Of a stretch of DNA of 64,000 nt, positions 48,473 to 61,733 are shown piece after piece. Under the pieces are notes generated by a model. It was not told where the DNA came from, ran no database searches, and was given only the letters and a program-made list of their open reading frames with translations. Location of the stretch: the NCBI GenBank assembly GCA_964252035.1, contig OZ176209.1, one strand, 5' to 3'. The position numbers and the translations under genes were made by a program. The stretch comes from Podarcis erhardii (lineage: Eukaryota). The stretch's first letter is position 1. Each line of letters begins with the position of its first letter.

Positions 48473-51400
48473 CATGTTCCCCTAACATATGTATTTTTTG
48501 TTAACATTGGTCATGTTTTTGTTTCGCTTTAAAGGAGGGGTGAAGAATCTTTTGTTTTTGTTTTTTGCCTCTGAAGGTTGCATTCCCTTGGGAGTAATAT
48601 GTCAGATTCTGCATACCATCAGTTAGCAGGGCTGGAGCCACTCCATACCCTTTCTTACACAGCACTGATTTATTTACACAGGCATACAAGGATGCGCTCC
48701 ATTCATTCTCACTCACACAGCCTCCAGCCTCCATTCATCTATCATCCATTCGTCCCACACTCTTTCTCTCTCTTTCTAAAGGGGGGAGGGGAGGAGAAAG
48801 AAAGAGTGTGGGTGGTGATAAGAGAGGGAGAGGGAGTACTGATTATCTTAATTTAAGATCACCAGCCAACACTCTCTCTGTGTTTTTTCTCACATGTGCA
48901 GAGCCTGAGTCTAAAGCAATTGCTTTATAGCCAAAGAAGTCAGAGATATCCTGGAGCAAGAAAGATGCTTAGCACAGTTATGTTTATTAACCATTATTCT
49001 TTATTAGACCTCACAGAGGTGTCAACTATACATACAAATACATTAGAAAGATACCCTCTTACAGTAATGTTTCACATTTTGGACTGGATCTCAAGAGGGA
49101 GCAAACAGTTCAGTACATTCTACCAACCTAAGGTTGCCATAGTCTTTATTTTATTATACAGTGTGACCAAGCCCTTTTTTTTTTTTACTGAATCAGTGGA
49201 TATTTAGAAAAACAAACAATGAAAACCAGACAACTAGCTCTTGAGATCTTTTGGACCTATCATGATAAATGCATATAAAGAGCCTTTTAAGAAGCATGAA
49301 TACACTATTGGTTTATGGATCAATGTTTACCAGGTTAGAAAGTTTGCACAGAGTGGGGGACATGGCTAAATGGTTCCGAGGTAAATGTGAAATAGTAAGA
49401 TCAGTTTTTTCTTTTCGCAAGCACTAAAACCTTCATTACTTGGCATTCCTGTGTATCTGTGGAAAGCTTACCAGTGCTAAATGGGGAGAATAATGGGGTG
49501 AGTTCTACTGTTGAAGTAGTTGTTTGGGTGGGGTGGGGGGTTCTGCAACACACTGATGTTACATACACAGTATGAAATATTATTTACTTGTCATTAGGTC
49601 ATGACAGTTTGCATTTTGAATGAGCACAGGGAAAATAAAAACTGCACAAATCCAAATATTTACAGCCCAATCTACAAAGCCTTGTGCTGGTGCACTGCCC
49701 ATCTATCTCAGTATGACATATGCCGCCAAAGTGTTTCAAGGATTATGGACTTTTTTTGGTGTGTGGGAGGAGCTGACACGGTGAGCAAACAATGTCCCTC
49801 ATCATGGTTTTTGCTTATATGCTTGCCATCAATAGCCTTCAGTAGTGAATTTATAGGAATTCAAGTGCTCACATACAACCATGCTTGTATAATCTAAACC
49901 CTGAGGTTGCACATACTTTTTCTTAAGATGTAAGTGGGCCAGTTCATGTTCTGATGTTGACCATACTCTTAATTTAAGGTAAGTGGGCCAGCTCATATTT
50001 TTGTTTGGAAGAATGGCATTGTGGAAAACAAATGAATATTAATCTCAACATTTAGCACTTGGGCAGCTAAGTAACTAAAAACACATATAAGCTAGATGGC
50101 TAATTATGACATTCTAGCTTTGCAGAGGGTCACTTATCCAGATATTAGTCAGTCCTTGATCCTGTTGTCTTATAGATTAGATTATGCTGGACACGTACAG
50201 AAAAATATCAGCTGGAGGCATACTGGAAATTTGCATTTAGTTTTGTTGTTAGCTGTGCCTCTAGGGATGTACGGTACTTATAATAAGCATGTGGTACTTC
50301 AAAGTCTCCCAGAACTATTGTTTTTTTAAAGCAGCATATGTCCTTTCCCACTAAGGAATCTTGTTTTTGGCTCGCAAAACCTATTCAGAAAAAAACATGC
50401 TGTAACACACCAGCTGGTTGCTTCAGTTGCTTCGTTACTCTCCTTGGGTCACAATTGATTTCCATCATTGGAATTGGTTAGAAATGCATCAGAGTCACTC
50501 TGTCATACCTCACAGTAAAAGTTGTTCTCATTTACTGTATAGTGTAAGGAAGCTTGCCCTTGTGTAAGTTTGATGCAGGCAAGTTCCTTGCTTAAGGCTC
50601 CAGTCCTCAATGGGGCTTGTGCCGGCGGAGCGCTTTGGGGATTGGGCTGCAAGTGGAAATAAACCTAAATTACAAAACAGTTTTGGTAGACTGCTTACAA
50701 CAGGCATTTAAGCTAATGGATCGATTACAAGAAAGTAGCAACAACAATTAAGGCGTGCAAAACCATGTACATGCATGGAGCCTCCCCCCTCCCCAGCACA
50801 CAACCTTGGCTAGCAAAGACATGTTCAAAGTGCTCTATCCCCATAAATTTCATTCTGCAATAGCTAAGTGCTGTTCATAAATTAAGGGCAATGGAGTACT
50901 GCATTTTCTCCTTTGAAGTAACAAAAGAAAGGTCTCATTAGGCAGGATTTGGACATAGGCTGCGGCCCACAGGCCAATGAAATAGGACCACCATTGCCAT
51001 TTTGGGCACATGAAGTTCTGCAAGCTCAACTAAGGCTTTCTTTGCCACTGCTGATGTTGGGAGCATCCAACTAAACACCTGTGTTAGGTTACATCTTGGC
51101 CATCAGCAGCTCCATTCCTTTCCATAAATTGAGGAAATGGTCTGCATATGTAGTATGGATTCCCACTGATGTGCACAGAACATTTGTAGCCATGAAGGAG
51201 AATAGGGGCCACTTCTGCACATGTGAGGCTCCAGGTTGTGTGAGTCCAGTACCTTCAGTGAAATATGTATGAATGTACTCAAAACTGGGGCATCCATATC
51301 TATCTACAGTCATCGTGCTATGTGTATTGCCACATTAAGCAATGAAATAATTCATCAGTGCTATTGAGTACCAATAACAATCCCTATTGATGTAAATGAG

Positions 51401-51883
51401 GCAGGGCAATTCAACCAACACTAAAGTTTTCTGGTTTAATGCTGTTGTAGCTTAGTTTGAAGGATTATGTAATTTAAAAAGAGAGAGAGATAAAGCAAAT
51501 AATAAATTAAAAAAATGAATGAATGAATGAAAAACATGGGTACCATATAGTTATACTTCTTAAGAGTCCAGGATTGGCTGTGGCTCCTTGTCATGTACCC
51601 TGGTCATATACCCTTTAGAAAACCTAAGTCTGCTTCTTTTAATGTGGGAAAATGCTACTTTATATTGAAAGTCAACACTTTCAAGGGTCATTGTTTCCTT
51701 CCCATAATGAAAGTAGGATGACTCCTCATGCCAAGCGTATGTTGCCAATTTCCTCATGCAAGTTGTACATAACCTACAGCCTTACTTTTAAGGTTACTTA
51801 GCAGCAAAATCACCCCATTTAGTATCCATTATAAAATAAACAGGCTTTCTTAGCAAAGCAAGACATTATTCAGGAGCAGCCAA

Positions 51884-51907
51884 AAAAATAATAATAATAA
51901 AAATAAT

Positions 51908-51938
<31 letters not shown>

Positions 51939-51975
51939 GAAAAGAAAAGAAAAGAAAAGAAAAATAAAAATAAAA
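51884..51975. repeat. Compound A-rich microsatellite (AAT)n-(AAG)n-(AAAAG)n
   Basis: Direct read. Confidence 0.9.
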
Positions 51976-53349
51976 GAAATTTAATGATTTTCAGCAAGAA
52001 GTCCATCAACCAACATTTCACACATCAATTCAGTCAGTCTTTCTTTAATGTCCCCCCCCCCTTTTATAATGTTTTTGATTATGCATTAGATAGTCTGTGC
52101 ATCCTTGGACTTATGTTTATTGGTGGCCAATTATCAGTAGATCTATTTGGTAGATCTACTCCATTGGTATCTGTGAAATTTAAACATAGAGGTAGGGTGT
52201 TAACCCCAATATTATGTGCAGTTGTAGCAGCAAATAAGCAAGTTAGAAGTAGACCTGTGAAACATCTGGGCCCATGTTATTATCTGGTATTAGGATCTAA
52301 ATTGGGAAATCATGGCAACGCTATAGAGTAGTGAGCAATACTATGCCAGAAAAGAGAGACCACAAGAATAAACAGTGGGTTGGATCCAGGCAAAGTTAGT
52401 CATGCTATGGTCCTGTTTTAAAAGTTAATCATGACGAATATTCCACATTGATTTCAACGGGATCTAATTATGACTTCACACCGAATTGACAGGGAGACAT
52501 TTTGAAAAAGGTTGCTGTATGCAAATCATGGTGGCCACTTGCACAATTTCCCAAAGTCAATTGCATGGGTAACCAGATGTATGAACAGGAGGTAGAGGTA
52601 GAGGTGTAACTGTGGTCTAACGGGGCTGCAACTAACAAGCAGCACAAGGTAAATTTTCCTTATTGTCTGAAACAGGATGTCCCTCCAGCCAAGGTCCCTT
52701 TCCAAATAGTCCAGGTTTGTTGTTGTTGAAGTAAACACAGGATTAACAGTAGTCCCATTCTCCATTATGACCTCGTTTTCTGTGTAATTGGAGTGGGGTT
52801 GCCTAGCAAAAACATATTGAAAGAGACATGTATTCCACTGCTGGAGAGCAGGAGTGCACAGCTGGTGTGCGTGAGACAAAGTAAACCTAGAGAGAGAGTT
52901 TTCAAAAATGGTACCAGTGAGCAGAGAAGGAACGTGCATGGCTAGGTATCGTGATTCACAGTGACCATTCAATAGATGGCTGTGGTAGTAGCACAGCAAA
53001 GTTATCCAAGAAGTGCTAGTGAATGAAACACATGTTTTTGAAGTGTTGGTTATGTCTGGTTTGCAAATATAAGGCTGTGCTGATACATTCCAATGAAAAC
53101 AGCTACAGCGTAAGATTTCTGAAAATAAATAATGCAAGTGAGAAGCAGAAAGTTGTGGTTATGTTGCAGGTTATTGAAAAGTGAAAAAAAATTCAAAACA
53201 TGCACCCTTCATGCAATCAGTATGGAGCTAGGTACAGATGCTAGTATATCTCTAAGGTAGCATGATAGAGCTATCAATGTCCAAGGGCACATATGTTAAT
53301 TTCTCCTGTCCATATTGTAGTTATGTATGTGCCATGTAATAAATGGCAA

Positions 53350-53508
53350 GAGAGACGGCATAGCTCAGTGGTTCAGAAGGTGCCAAGTTCAATCCCTAGC
53401 ATCTCCAGGTAAAAAGATAAGGTAGGGAGGAGAAAATCTCTCCCTCTTTGAGACCCCGCAGAGCTTCTGCCTGTCAGACAAAACAATACTGGGCTAGTTG
53501 GACCAAGA
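53350..53508 (+). mobile_element. Degenerate tRNA-derived SINE with CR1-type tail
   Basis: catagctcagtgg...aagttcaatcccta...catctccaggta head and caatactgggctagttggacca tail. Confidence 0.65.
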
Positions 53509-55029
53509 GTATGATTTGAATGTTTTAAATTTCAAGTTTCACACACCCCTTCAAATATTGTCTTGGAGGGAATTAAGGAGAGACTCCAATAGCCTTGTTT
53601 AGAATTTGCAGAAATGAGTTTGCAAAACAGAAGCCACTTGGGAAGGTGGCAAAATCTAATTGTGCTTTAAGCATTTGGATGACTGGAGACTGTAGTGACC
53701 TGGCCAGAAACTCGCTTTCTTGGAGAGCTACTTTGATGAGGGATGGTTGGTCAGCTCAGCATCTCTGGGCTAGGTTTAGCCCACATGTCTCCAGTGGCAA
53801 CGTGGGACAGAGAAAGTAAAGGTGTGCCCTATGGACAGTGTTCATTGAATTATTCTGCCTTCAAGCATGTGAAAAACTATTGGCCCTGATCCAGCAGTTG
53901 TGACTAAATTACATTAAAGCAACAGGTCTTCAGCTAGTTTATGAGACTAACTTGTCACAATTAACTTGAAGTCAGCTGGAACCACTATCTGTACCTAGCC
54001 TCAATCTTTCAGGGGAAATGAAAATATTGTCTAGTTTTGTCTTTCTTAGAGTGGTATCTCTATACTGTATTATATGTAGTCAAGTTTTAGATATTCTTAT
54101 AACCTCCTTCATGTAAAAGTCAAACAGAAAAAAAATTGTACACAAGATACTGTGTTTGAGCAATGATAGTCCTTGCAGAATACTGTAATATTGTGATAAG
54201 CAAAAATGTCTATTGCAGGATTAAAATGAATATAGGTTTGCACTTAGGATTTGTTTCTCCTTCAAGACAGGAATTTGATTTACACGATTTACCAAATGGT
54301 GCTTCTATATAGTTAATGGCTTGTGAGGAAAGTCACCAATGAAGATTTGTGACTTGTTAAATAGAGCAAAAAATCCTAATCCCCCTTTTAAAAATAATCA
54401 TCAAATGCACAGGCATTTAAACTAGAGAGGCCATTTGAAACCAGAACAATGGAAAGTCTCTTTGAATAAACTATAAAATATACGGCATACTTGTTTGAAC
54501 TGCAATGATATTTTTAAAAGAGGAATCAGTGGTATATATTGTGTCTTTAATAAATTACTACAATTCATTTCCAGACTAAAAGTAGTTTTGAAACACATTA
54601 AATAGACTGAGTATACTTTCATCAGAACAATTTCCCCCCTATCTAAACACAAAGAATCTCCAATGAGATTTAACTTTCATTTAAAAAGAACCATAAAGGT
54701 GTCATTTTTGCACATTTTGATGTTTGTGAAAACCATATAAAGTTTTTCTTTTTTTAAAAAAAAATCACACATACAGACTCAATGCATGCACACAATTTCA
54801 GTTTCACAGAATGCTAGCCATATATTTTCAACTCTTTCTCAAAAGCTACAGAATCTGTCACTTCTTCTCCCCACCCCCATTAGAAATGGATGTTTTTTTC
54901 TTTTCACTTCAAAGCATCTTTTTTTAAAATAGCTGTGATTTGTACTTAAACCGATTTCTCCATAAATATACGTTTTATGTTTGTGGGCCTACCCTTGAGT
55001 TATCTGTTATAGATAAAATAAACTCAATA

Positions 55030-55271
55030 CAGTGGTACCTCGGGTTACATACGCTTCAGGTTACATACGCTTCAGGTTACAGACTCCGCTAACCCAGAAA
55101 TAGTGCTTCAGATTAAGAACTTTGCTTCAGGATGAGAACAGAAATTGTGCTCCAGCAGCGTGGCAGCATCAGGAGGCCCCATTAGCTGAAGTGGTGCTTC
55201 AGGTTAAGAACAGTTTCAGGTTAAGTACAGACCTCTGGAACGAATTAAGTACTTAACCCGAGGTACCACTG
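55030..55271. mobile_element. pogo/Tc1-type MITE (family A)
   Basis: TA|CAGTGGTACCTCGGGTTA...TAACCCGAGGTACCACTG|TA. Confidence 0.92.
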
Positions 55272-55309
55272 TACACTTTTGTCTTAACCCAGCTAAGAAG
55301 ATCCATACA

Positions 55310-56116
55310 TGTAACTAGGCTTCTATGCATGGATCACTGGCAAGAAAGAAGTACTGTTTTGGGGGGTCAGGTGTGAGGGACCTTGAATGGGGTAGCTGTG
55401 CACCTGAAGGACCAGGTGTGCAACCTGGGAGTCATTTTGGACTCACAGCTATCCATGGAGGTGCAGGTCAATTTTGTGTCCAAGCAGCTGTCTCCCAGCT
55501 CCATCTGGTACGGAGGTTGAGATACTACCTGCCTGTGAACTGTCTTGCCAGAGTGGTACATGCTCTGGTTATCTCCTGCTTGGACTACTGCAATGCATTC
55601 TATGTTTGGGCTACCTCTGAAGGTGACTCGGAAACTACAATTAACCCAGAATGCGGCAGCTATACTGGTGACTGAGAGTGGCTGCAGAGACATATGGTCC
55701 TGAAATACCCACATTGGCTCTCAGTACATTTCCGAGCACAATTCAAAGTTTTGGTGCTGACCTTTAAAGCCCTAAACAGCCTCAGCCCAGTATACCTGAA
55801 GGAGCATCTCCACCTCCATCGTTCAGCCTGGACACTGAGGTCCAGTGTCGAGGGACTTCTGGCGGTTCCCTCACTGCGAGAAATGAGGTTATAGGGAACC
55901 AGTCAAGGGGCCTTCTCAGTAGTGGCGCCCACCCTGTGGAACGCCCTCCGATCAAGGAAATAAACAACTATCTGACTTTTAGAAGACATCTGAAGGTAGC
56001 CCTGTTTAGGGAAGTATTTAATGTCTGATGTTTTACAATTTTTTATGTAGTGTAAGCCGCCCAGAGTGGCTGGGGAAACCCAGCCACATGGACGAGGGTA
56101 TAAATAAAATTATTAC

Positions 56117-56160
<44 letters not shown>
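55310..56160 (+). mobile_element. L2 LINE 3' fragment with (ATT)n tail
   Basis: LGVILDSQLS..., ARVVHALVISCLDYCNA, HWLSVHFRAQFKVLVLTFKAL L2 motifs in broken frames, then the L2 3'UTR and (ATT)n. Confidence 0.9.
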
Positions 56161-56162
<2 letters not shown>

Positions 56163-57137
56163 TGGTAGTTCAGGAACCATGGGTAGAAAAAGTATTTTTT
56201 TTTAATGGCACTCTGTGTTTTAGGACTACATGCATGCATGCAGAAGGCGCAAGTAAGGCTCAAGTGTGTCTTTCTTGTTGTGTGAAAACACTCCAGGGAT
56301 TATCACCCTTTGAATGATAATTTGGACTTCTGGTCCTAACCAAGGCCAGGATGAAAGGTTTTTGTAATTTGGTGTAATTAGAATGGATTATATCCATATG
56401 GTGACTTTGCCTTAGTGGAAAGTGCCATATTGTATTCTGCTCCAGAGGGACTTTGGAGGAGGTGGTGGACTTAAGTGGGTAAGGGGATCTGAAGAAAATC
56501 AAATGCCCTGACAAGTGAAAGGTGATTTCCACCAAGGCAATGTAACCACTGCACACAAACAATCCCAATGTTACCCCTGTGCAAGAACACATAATGCTTT
56601 TAATGGGTGGAGGACTGTGCCATGACCCAAAGTTCCACGCAGGCATCCTGCCACAAGCACAGTATTGTCCCCTCCATTAAACAGAATGGGAGCTCATAGG
56701 GCGCCCTGGAACACTCACAGGCACACTGGAATTTCTGAGTGCGGCTTACGGATTTAATCCATTAAGCACTGTTGTACTGCAACATTCATTCATCCCAATA
56801 GGGTTAGAGCAGTATCCCTGTATATTCCACCAAAACAAATGGAAATTAAGCTACAGCAGTACTTAGTAAGCCCTACACTTCTGTTCTGATAATGCGACAC
56901 CTAATATTAGTATTAATTTTGGCAATTTTATTTTTCTCTCATTTTTTAAAAAACGTAAGTACTGTCCCAAATCCCCCTTTTTTTAAAATGACAAAAAGTT
57001 GAAAAATTATGGCTAGGCATGTTTCTATTTTAAAAAGCAAAATCTATATATCTGTCAATTTATTTTTTTAAAAATATGCATATACTTTCTTTTATAGTTT
57101 TCTTTTTAAAAGTCAAGTACTTTCTTAAACAAAACAA

Positions 57138-57145
57138 TAGCACCA
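57138..57145 (-). promoter_or_regulatory. miR-29 8mer seed site (TGGTGCTA) in IGF1 3'UTR
   Basis: Exact 8mer on the IGF1 sense strand. Confidence 0.55.
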
Positions 57146-58601
57146 CTTTGGCATAGCTGGCCAAATCAGTAAAAGGTAAAGCAAAATTGCTACAGGTCCC
57201 CCCTGCCCTCCCCAAATCCTTCATTTGTATATCTCTTGCTTGTAAAAATGGAGTAGCCTTGAATACAGCAGAAGACTTCATATGTATATACATTCATAGG
57301 TTCCAGCCACCATCCAAAGTTATGTAAAAATTACTGCTAGGTACGAATAAAATTGATATCCTTTCAGAGGGCCAACACAAGACTGTTGCAACATCTGAGC
57401 CTGTTTTGCATTAAATCTGAGCTTATGCAGCATGATCCTATGCAGAAAGTAAACCTCTCTAGGTCCCATTGAACTGAATGCCTTTGTTGATATGGGCAGG
57501 TCAGGATTACAATGTAATCCCAGCCCCATTGAGTTGAATGAGACCTTCTCCCAGGAAGGGGTGCATAGAAAGTAAGCGAGGCTTATTTGCACGCAGTTAC
57601 CATACTTATTGCATGCAAGTGTTTTTAGGACAGTCTAAAATTACATGATTCTATTTTATTTATTGGCTTGTTTCCTCACTGTAGTCCTTCCTAAAACATT
57701 ACTGAGTCAAATGATTTGTGGGTTGCTTGCTTCTCACCTTGGCTCCAGTTAGAGTTCCTATTCATGTCACAGTTTAAATAAAGTCTTACGGAGCACCAAG
57801 GTAGGCATTGCAATCTTTTGGGGGGGGGGAGTTGAAGGATAGTACCACCTGGGACTCAAGTTACATAATCAGCAGAATCACATGGTGAGGTTCTTGCTGG
57901 ACATTTTGGAAATACTCTGGGCACAGAATACCCTGCAAACGAAAAAGTAGCGTGTCAGGGAGAAAATGAGGTTAAAATCATTTTTCCTTATTGCTATTTT
58001 TCTGTATACAGGCAACTTTATATACAGGCAAACATTTCAGACCTGCAATCTCCCATCTGCAGTCCTAAGTGGTACAGTACGGCAAGATTCTTCTGGTTGC
58101 GTTGCTCAGGTCTACTTGATGATGTCCCAGAGATTTAGTTTACAGTGATAAGAAAGTAGTGTTATAAACCAGAGCCTAGGGAAATCAACAAGGACCTGGT
58201 ACACTAGGGAAGCACCAGTTGGGTACACGTGTTCCCATGCTGTTGCCAAGCCATAATTTGTATCTCTTCAATGTCACTCAGAGCTAATTCCCAAATTGCC
58301 ACTAGCCAAGAAGAAGATTCCAGTTTCTTTGGAGTGGCATCACGCATTGGTTTGAATGTTGCCACTCAGTTGGATAAACAGAGTCAGACAAAAATCTCAT
58401 CAGTATGGGATAGCAATGTTATTACTTGATATTGGTAGTTAATTTTTTTAATTATTTGGAAGCCTTTTTTAAAATTATGCATGTATTTCCTGCAAATTCC
58501 TTCCGTTTCACCTTGGGCTTAGTTCTCACCCAACTCCACTGTTATTTTGCTTTTACCTCTTACTGTTTTTGCCAGACCCTTCCATAAAGCAAGCTACAAA
58601 A

Positions 58602-58609
58602 TAGCACCA
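58602..58609 (-). promoter_or_regulatory. miR-29 8mer seed site (TGGTGCTA) in IGF1 3'UTR
   Basis: Exact 8mer in a block resembling the human UTR (AATGGTGCTATTTTGTAG). Confidence 0.72.
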
Positions 58610-59325
58610 TTGTACTATGAAACAGTTTTACATAATGTTGATTATATGTGTGTTATTGATATGCTAATTTTTTTACATACTGCACTATATGGAGGAAAAG
58701 ACGTTTTATTTATAGTGTGGCAAAATAACTCATCACCTGAAAGAATCACCAAGGATTTAAGATAGCCTTTTGTGTGCTCTTAACTGATTCTAAACTGCAA
58801 AAAACAACACCCCAATTGTCCATGTTGTGTCTATTTGTATCTTCATGTGTTGTGGTGGTGAGCCTTTGTCTTAAAATCTGTTACCCTGATCCAGAAATTT
58901 GTTGCAAACAAGGGTTTCTCATGCACATGTGGAGCTCAAGTGTATATAATCGGCCCCATTCACTTCAGTGACTGAGAGTGTAATGTGTGTTGCCACTTCA
59001 TCCATCAAAGTAAATGGTGCTTCCATTCTACACAGGAACTCTGTGTGCATATTGAACCATGTAAGGATCTCTAACTGGGGTGAATGCATGCAACTCATAT
59101 GTTGTCAGAATGCTACTGGTGTAATTGACGTGTTACTGTCGCTGCTACTGGGAATGCCAAACTGTGCAAATATAAAAGGGGCAAACAAACAATGGTATCA
59201 GACACTGCAAGACAGAGTCTGTTGCTTGTATGGAAGTGCAAATATTAAAGACAAAACAAAAAAAACCACAACCCACTTAGACAAGGCTGGTGAATGACTC
59301 CAACAGCAGGGTTCATAAGTTAATT

Positions 59326-59333
59326 TAGTGCAA
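59326..59333 (-). promoter_or_regulatory. miR-130/301 8mer seed site (TTGCACTA) in IGF1 3'UTR
   Basis: Exact 8mer in the conserved-looking context GATCCAATTGCACTAAATT. Confidence 0.6.
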
Positions 59334-59512
59334 TTGGATCCATCAAAGGCCTGTACATCTGGTGGCTTTTGAGGGGCACAGGATTCATTGTGTCTCTCTG
59401 TGTATGTGTGTATATGTGTGTGTGTGTGTGTGTAGGACATTTATAGCAGGTGAACAATTAGAACAGCGATCTGCCAGTCTCAGAAACATCTTAGCACTGA
59501 GTTGATTTCTAT

Positions 59513-59520
59513 TGGAATGT
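59513..59520 (-). promoter_or_regulatory. miR-1/206 8mer seed site (ACATTCCA) in IGF1 3'UTR
   Basis: Exact 8mer ~155 nt after the stop, in context CAAGTAAACATTCCAA as recalled for mammalian IGF1. Confidence 0.75.
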
Positions 59521-59673
59521 TTACTTGCATTGTTCATTGGGAGAATGCCCATTAGTGGAAATTTCATCAAGCTTATTGAACTTTAGTGTTTTGTCCAATG
59601 TTTGACAATTTATTTACAGCAAAGTATCCTGCAGATGGCACATTCATTCTTCACTTTTATGGATGATATTTTC

Positions 59674-59733
59674 TTACATTCTGTAGTTCCTGTTTCCTGT
59701 GTTTCCTCTACTCGTGTTCTTCAAATGCACTTC
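59674..59733 (-). CDS. IGF1: IGF1 last coding exon (Ea peptide)
   Basis: cattttcag|GAA GTG CAT...ATG TAA. EVHLKNTSRGNTGNRNYRM*, phase 0. Confidence 0.98.
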   Translation of the reverse strand, partial: EVHLKNTSRGNTGNRNYRM

Positions 59734-61733
59734 CTGAAAATGAAAGAAAATATTTCAGCACACTTTATAATTTTTTTAAAAAAAATGTTATTCACCATCA
59801 CAAGCTATATTATACTGTATTTAGAAACCTCTCTCTGAACATGAGAGCTGATGGTGTGTTAACCTCTAGAAATAACATTCCTTTTCTTTGTGCCAATGCT
59901 TTGAATATCACTGGAGTGGCTGCAGTGACAGTGCAGTGTACAAATGCTACTTTTGTCTGAGTGACAAACTTTTGTGACTAACTTGAACAGCTGAGATCAT
60001 TTAAAATCAATGGAGGCATCTGGTTTGTGTTTGAATATCCTCCCAGCCTTAATGAGACTTTTCCATGCAGCCAATGATATCAATGGAACAAAATCACTCT
60101 GAGAGCTTGGTCTCATTCCCATAGGATGATTTGTCTCAGTTTGATCACTCTAAGTTTTCTTGACAGGCTGTGGTCTGTTCTTGCAGGAGGCAAACTGGTT
60201 TATGGTCCACATCTGGCTCCTGATCAGCCTGGGAAAGATGGTTTAAATAAGCCAATGCATTTATCTGACTGATTTGGAATTCTAGGCCACCTTGTTCCTA
60301 AGACTTGGCAAAGGCTAGAATATTTAAAAAACCACCATTAAACTTTTGTTTAATATTACTTTTTTACACAAGACCCACAGATTTCACTTGGATAATTGTG
60401 CATTGGATTGTAGTTTTAGAAAAAGAAAGAATTTATAAGAAGGGTGTTTTTAAAATGTTTTTAAAACATTTTTTAAAAATGTTTTTAAAAATCAAAGAAT
60501 AAGAGTAATTAAAATTAAGAATTGACACTGGGCAGGTGTTTTCTCTGTATTTTTTTTCCAGTGCTCATCTAAAACTTTTCTGTGTAGGCAAGCCTAGTCT
60601 GACATGTAAAGCTGTTGTGTGTTTTAAACTATAATCTTAGCTTAGAAAGTATACATTTACCTGTTGATTTTATTCATTTCACTTTTTATACACTCATTTT
60701 TAACACTGATACTTACTGACAGTTCTATGGCATGTCTTATATTCTTTGTGAACTGCTTGGAAGTATTATTTACAGTTAAGCTTTATACAAATTTTCTTAA
60801 ATGAAAACAAATGATCAGAAATCCACCTTAAAATGCCTTCTGAAATAGGAAAGTCTTTGACAAGCACCTGACATTAAGCGGGGTGGGGGACACGGACAAT
60901 CTAATCTCAATTGGCAGTGAGTTCCACAGGAGTGTTGTTGCTATTGATGATAATTAATAATAATTATCTTCTCTGAAAGGCAGCTTGTCCACCCCTATTG
61001 ATCTTCCTTTGTCATACATAGCTACAAGGAGCTGCTGGTGCACTCTAGGAATATACATAGGTCTATGATAGGGCCTAACTGGTACTCTCATAACACTTTT
61101 TAAATTTCATATGTGTTTTGTCATAGTGTCCACAGAGCAAGTGTCAAGGCCCCAACAAGCTAGCAGGACCTGTTGCTAATGTTTTTGTATGTCCCCAGCC
61201 TTAAAATGTTCTGTCTTATTCTGGGCCAAACATTGTTTAGGCCCCTGACAAGTTATACTCACACATGTCTCTGCTGTAAAACCGAGTTATTTCACACGGC
61301 CTGCTCATGCTGAGGCCTTCTGAGCCTTGAGGCAGACAAGCTGCATTTAGTGAAATTTCATCTATATAACAATTAAAAGGTGAAGGAGGCTTATCCCCCT
61401 TTGTACTTGACCATCTTTTTTAAAATAAAAAAACGAACAAACAAAGGATAACAAAAAAACTATGGTTGTGCCGCTGCCGTGAAAATAACCCCTAAAACAA
61501 TGCCCAAGAGCAACTGCTATAATACTTTTTACAATGCCCAAGAGCAACTGCTATAATATTTTTTACTGGATTCAGTAGCTAATAATATTATAAATGGATT
61601 TTGTTATCTGTGTGAGTTCCCAGGAGCATGAATGCATGAAGAACTAATGGTGCATGAACATCCTTCTGCATCAGTGCTGGAAATCCTCAAATGCAACATA
61701 TTGGGAGGTTACAGTTGATCATATTCTGCCTAC

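Larger units (their letters stand above)
57100..59673 (-). other. IGF1: IGF1 3'UTR (minimum supported extent; may extend several kb further toward ~54 kb)
   Basis: Blocks resembling recalled human IGF1 3'UTR (CAAGTAAACATTCCAA, GATCCAATTGCACTAAATT, CCTTGTCTAAGTGG, TAGCATATCAAT...TATGTAAAACT...AATGGTGCTATTTTGTAG). Candidate AATAAA at 59609-59614, 58705-58710, 57059-57064 and 56927-56932. Confidence 0.7.

Noticed and set aside
60145-60228. Possible alternative IGF1 terminal exon (Eb/Ec-like), ADQEPDVDHKPVCLLQEQTTACQENLE*
   Set aside because: It has an in-phase AG, but the pyrimidine tract is short and the acidic peptide is unlike the basic mammalian exon-5 product. Not supportable without RNA data.
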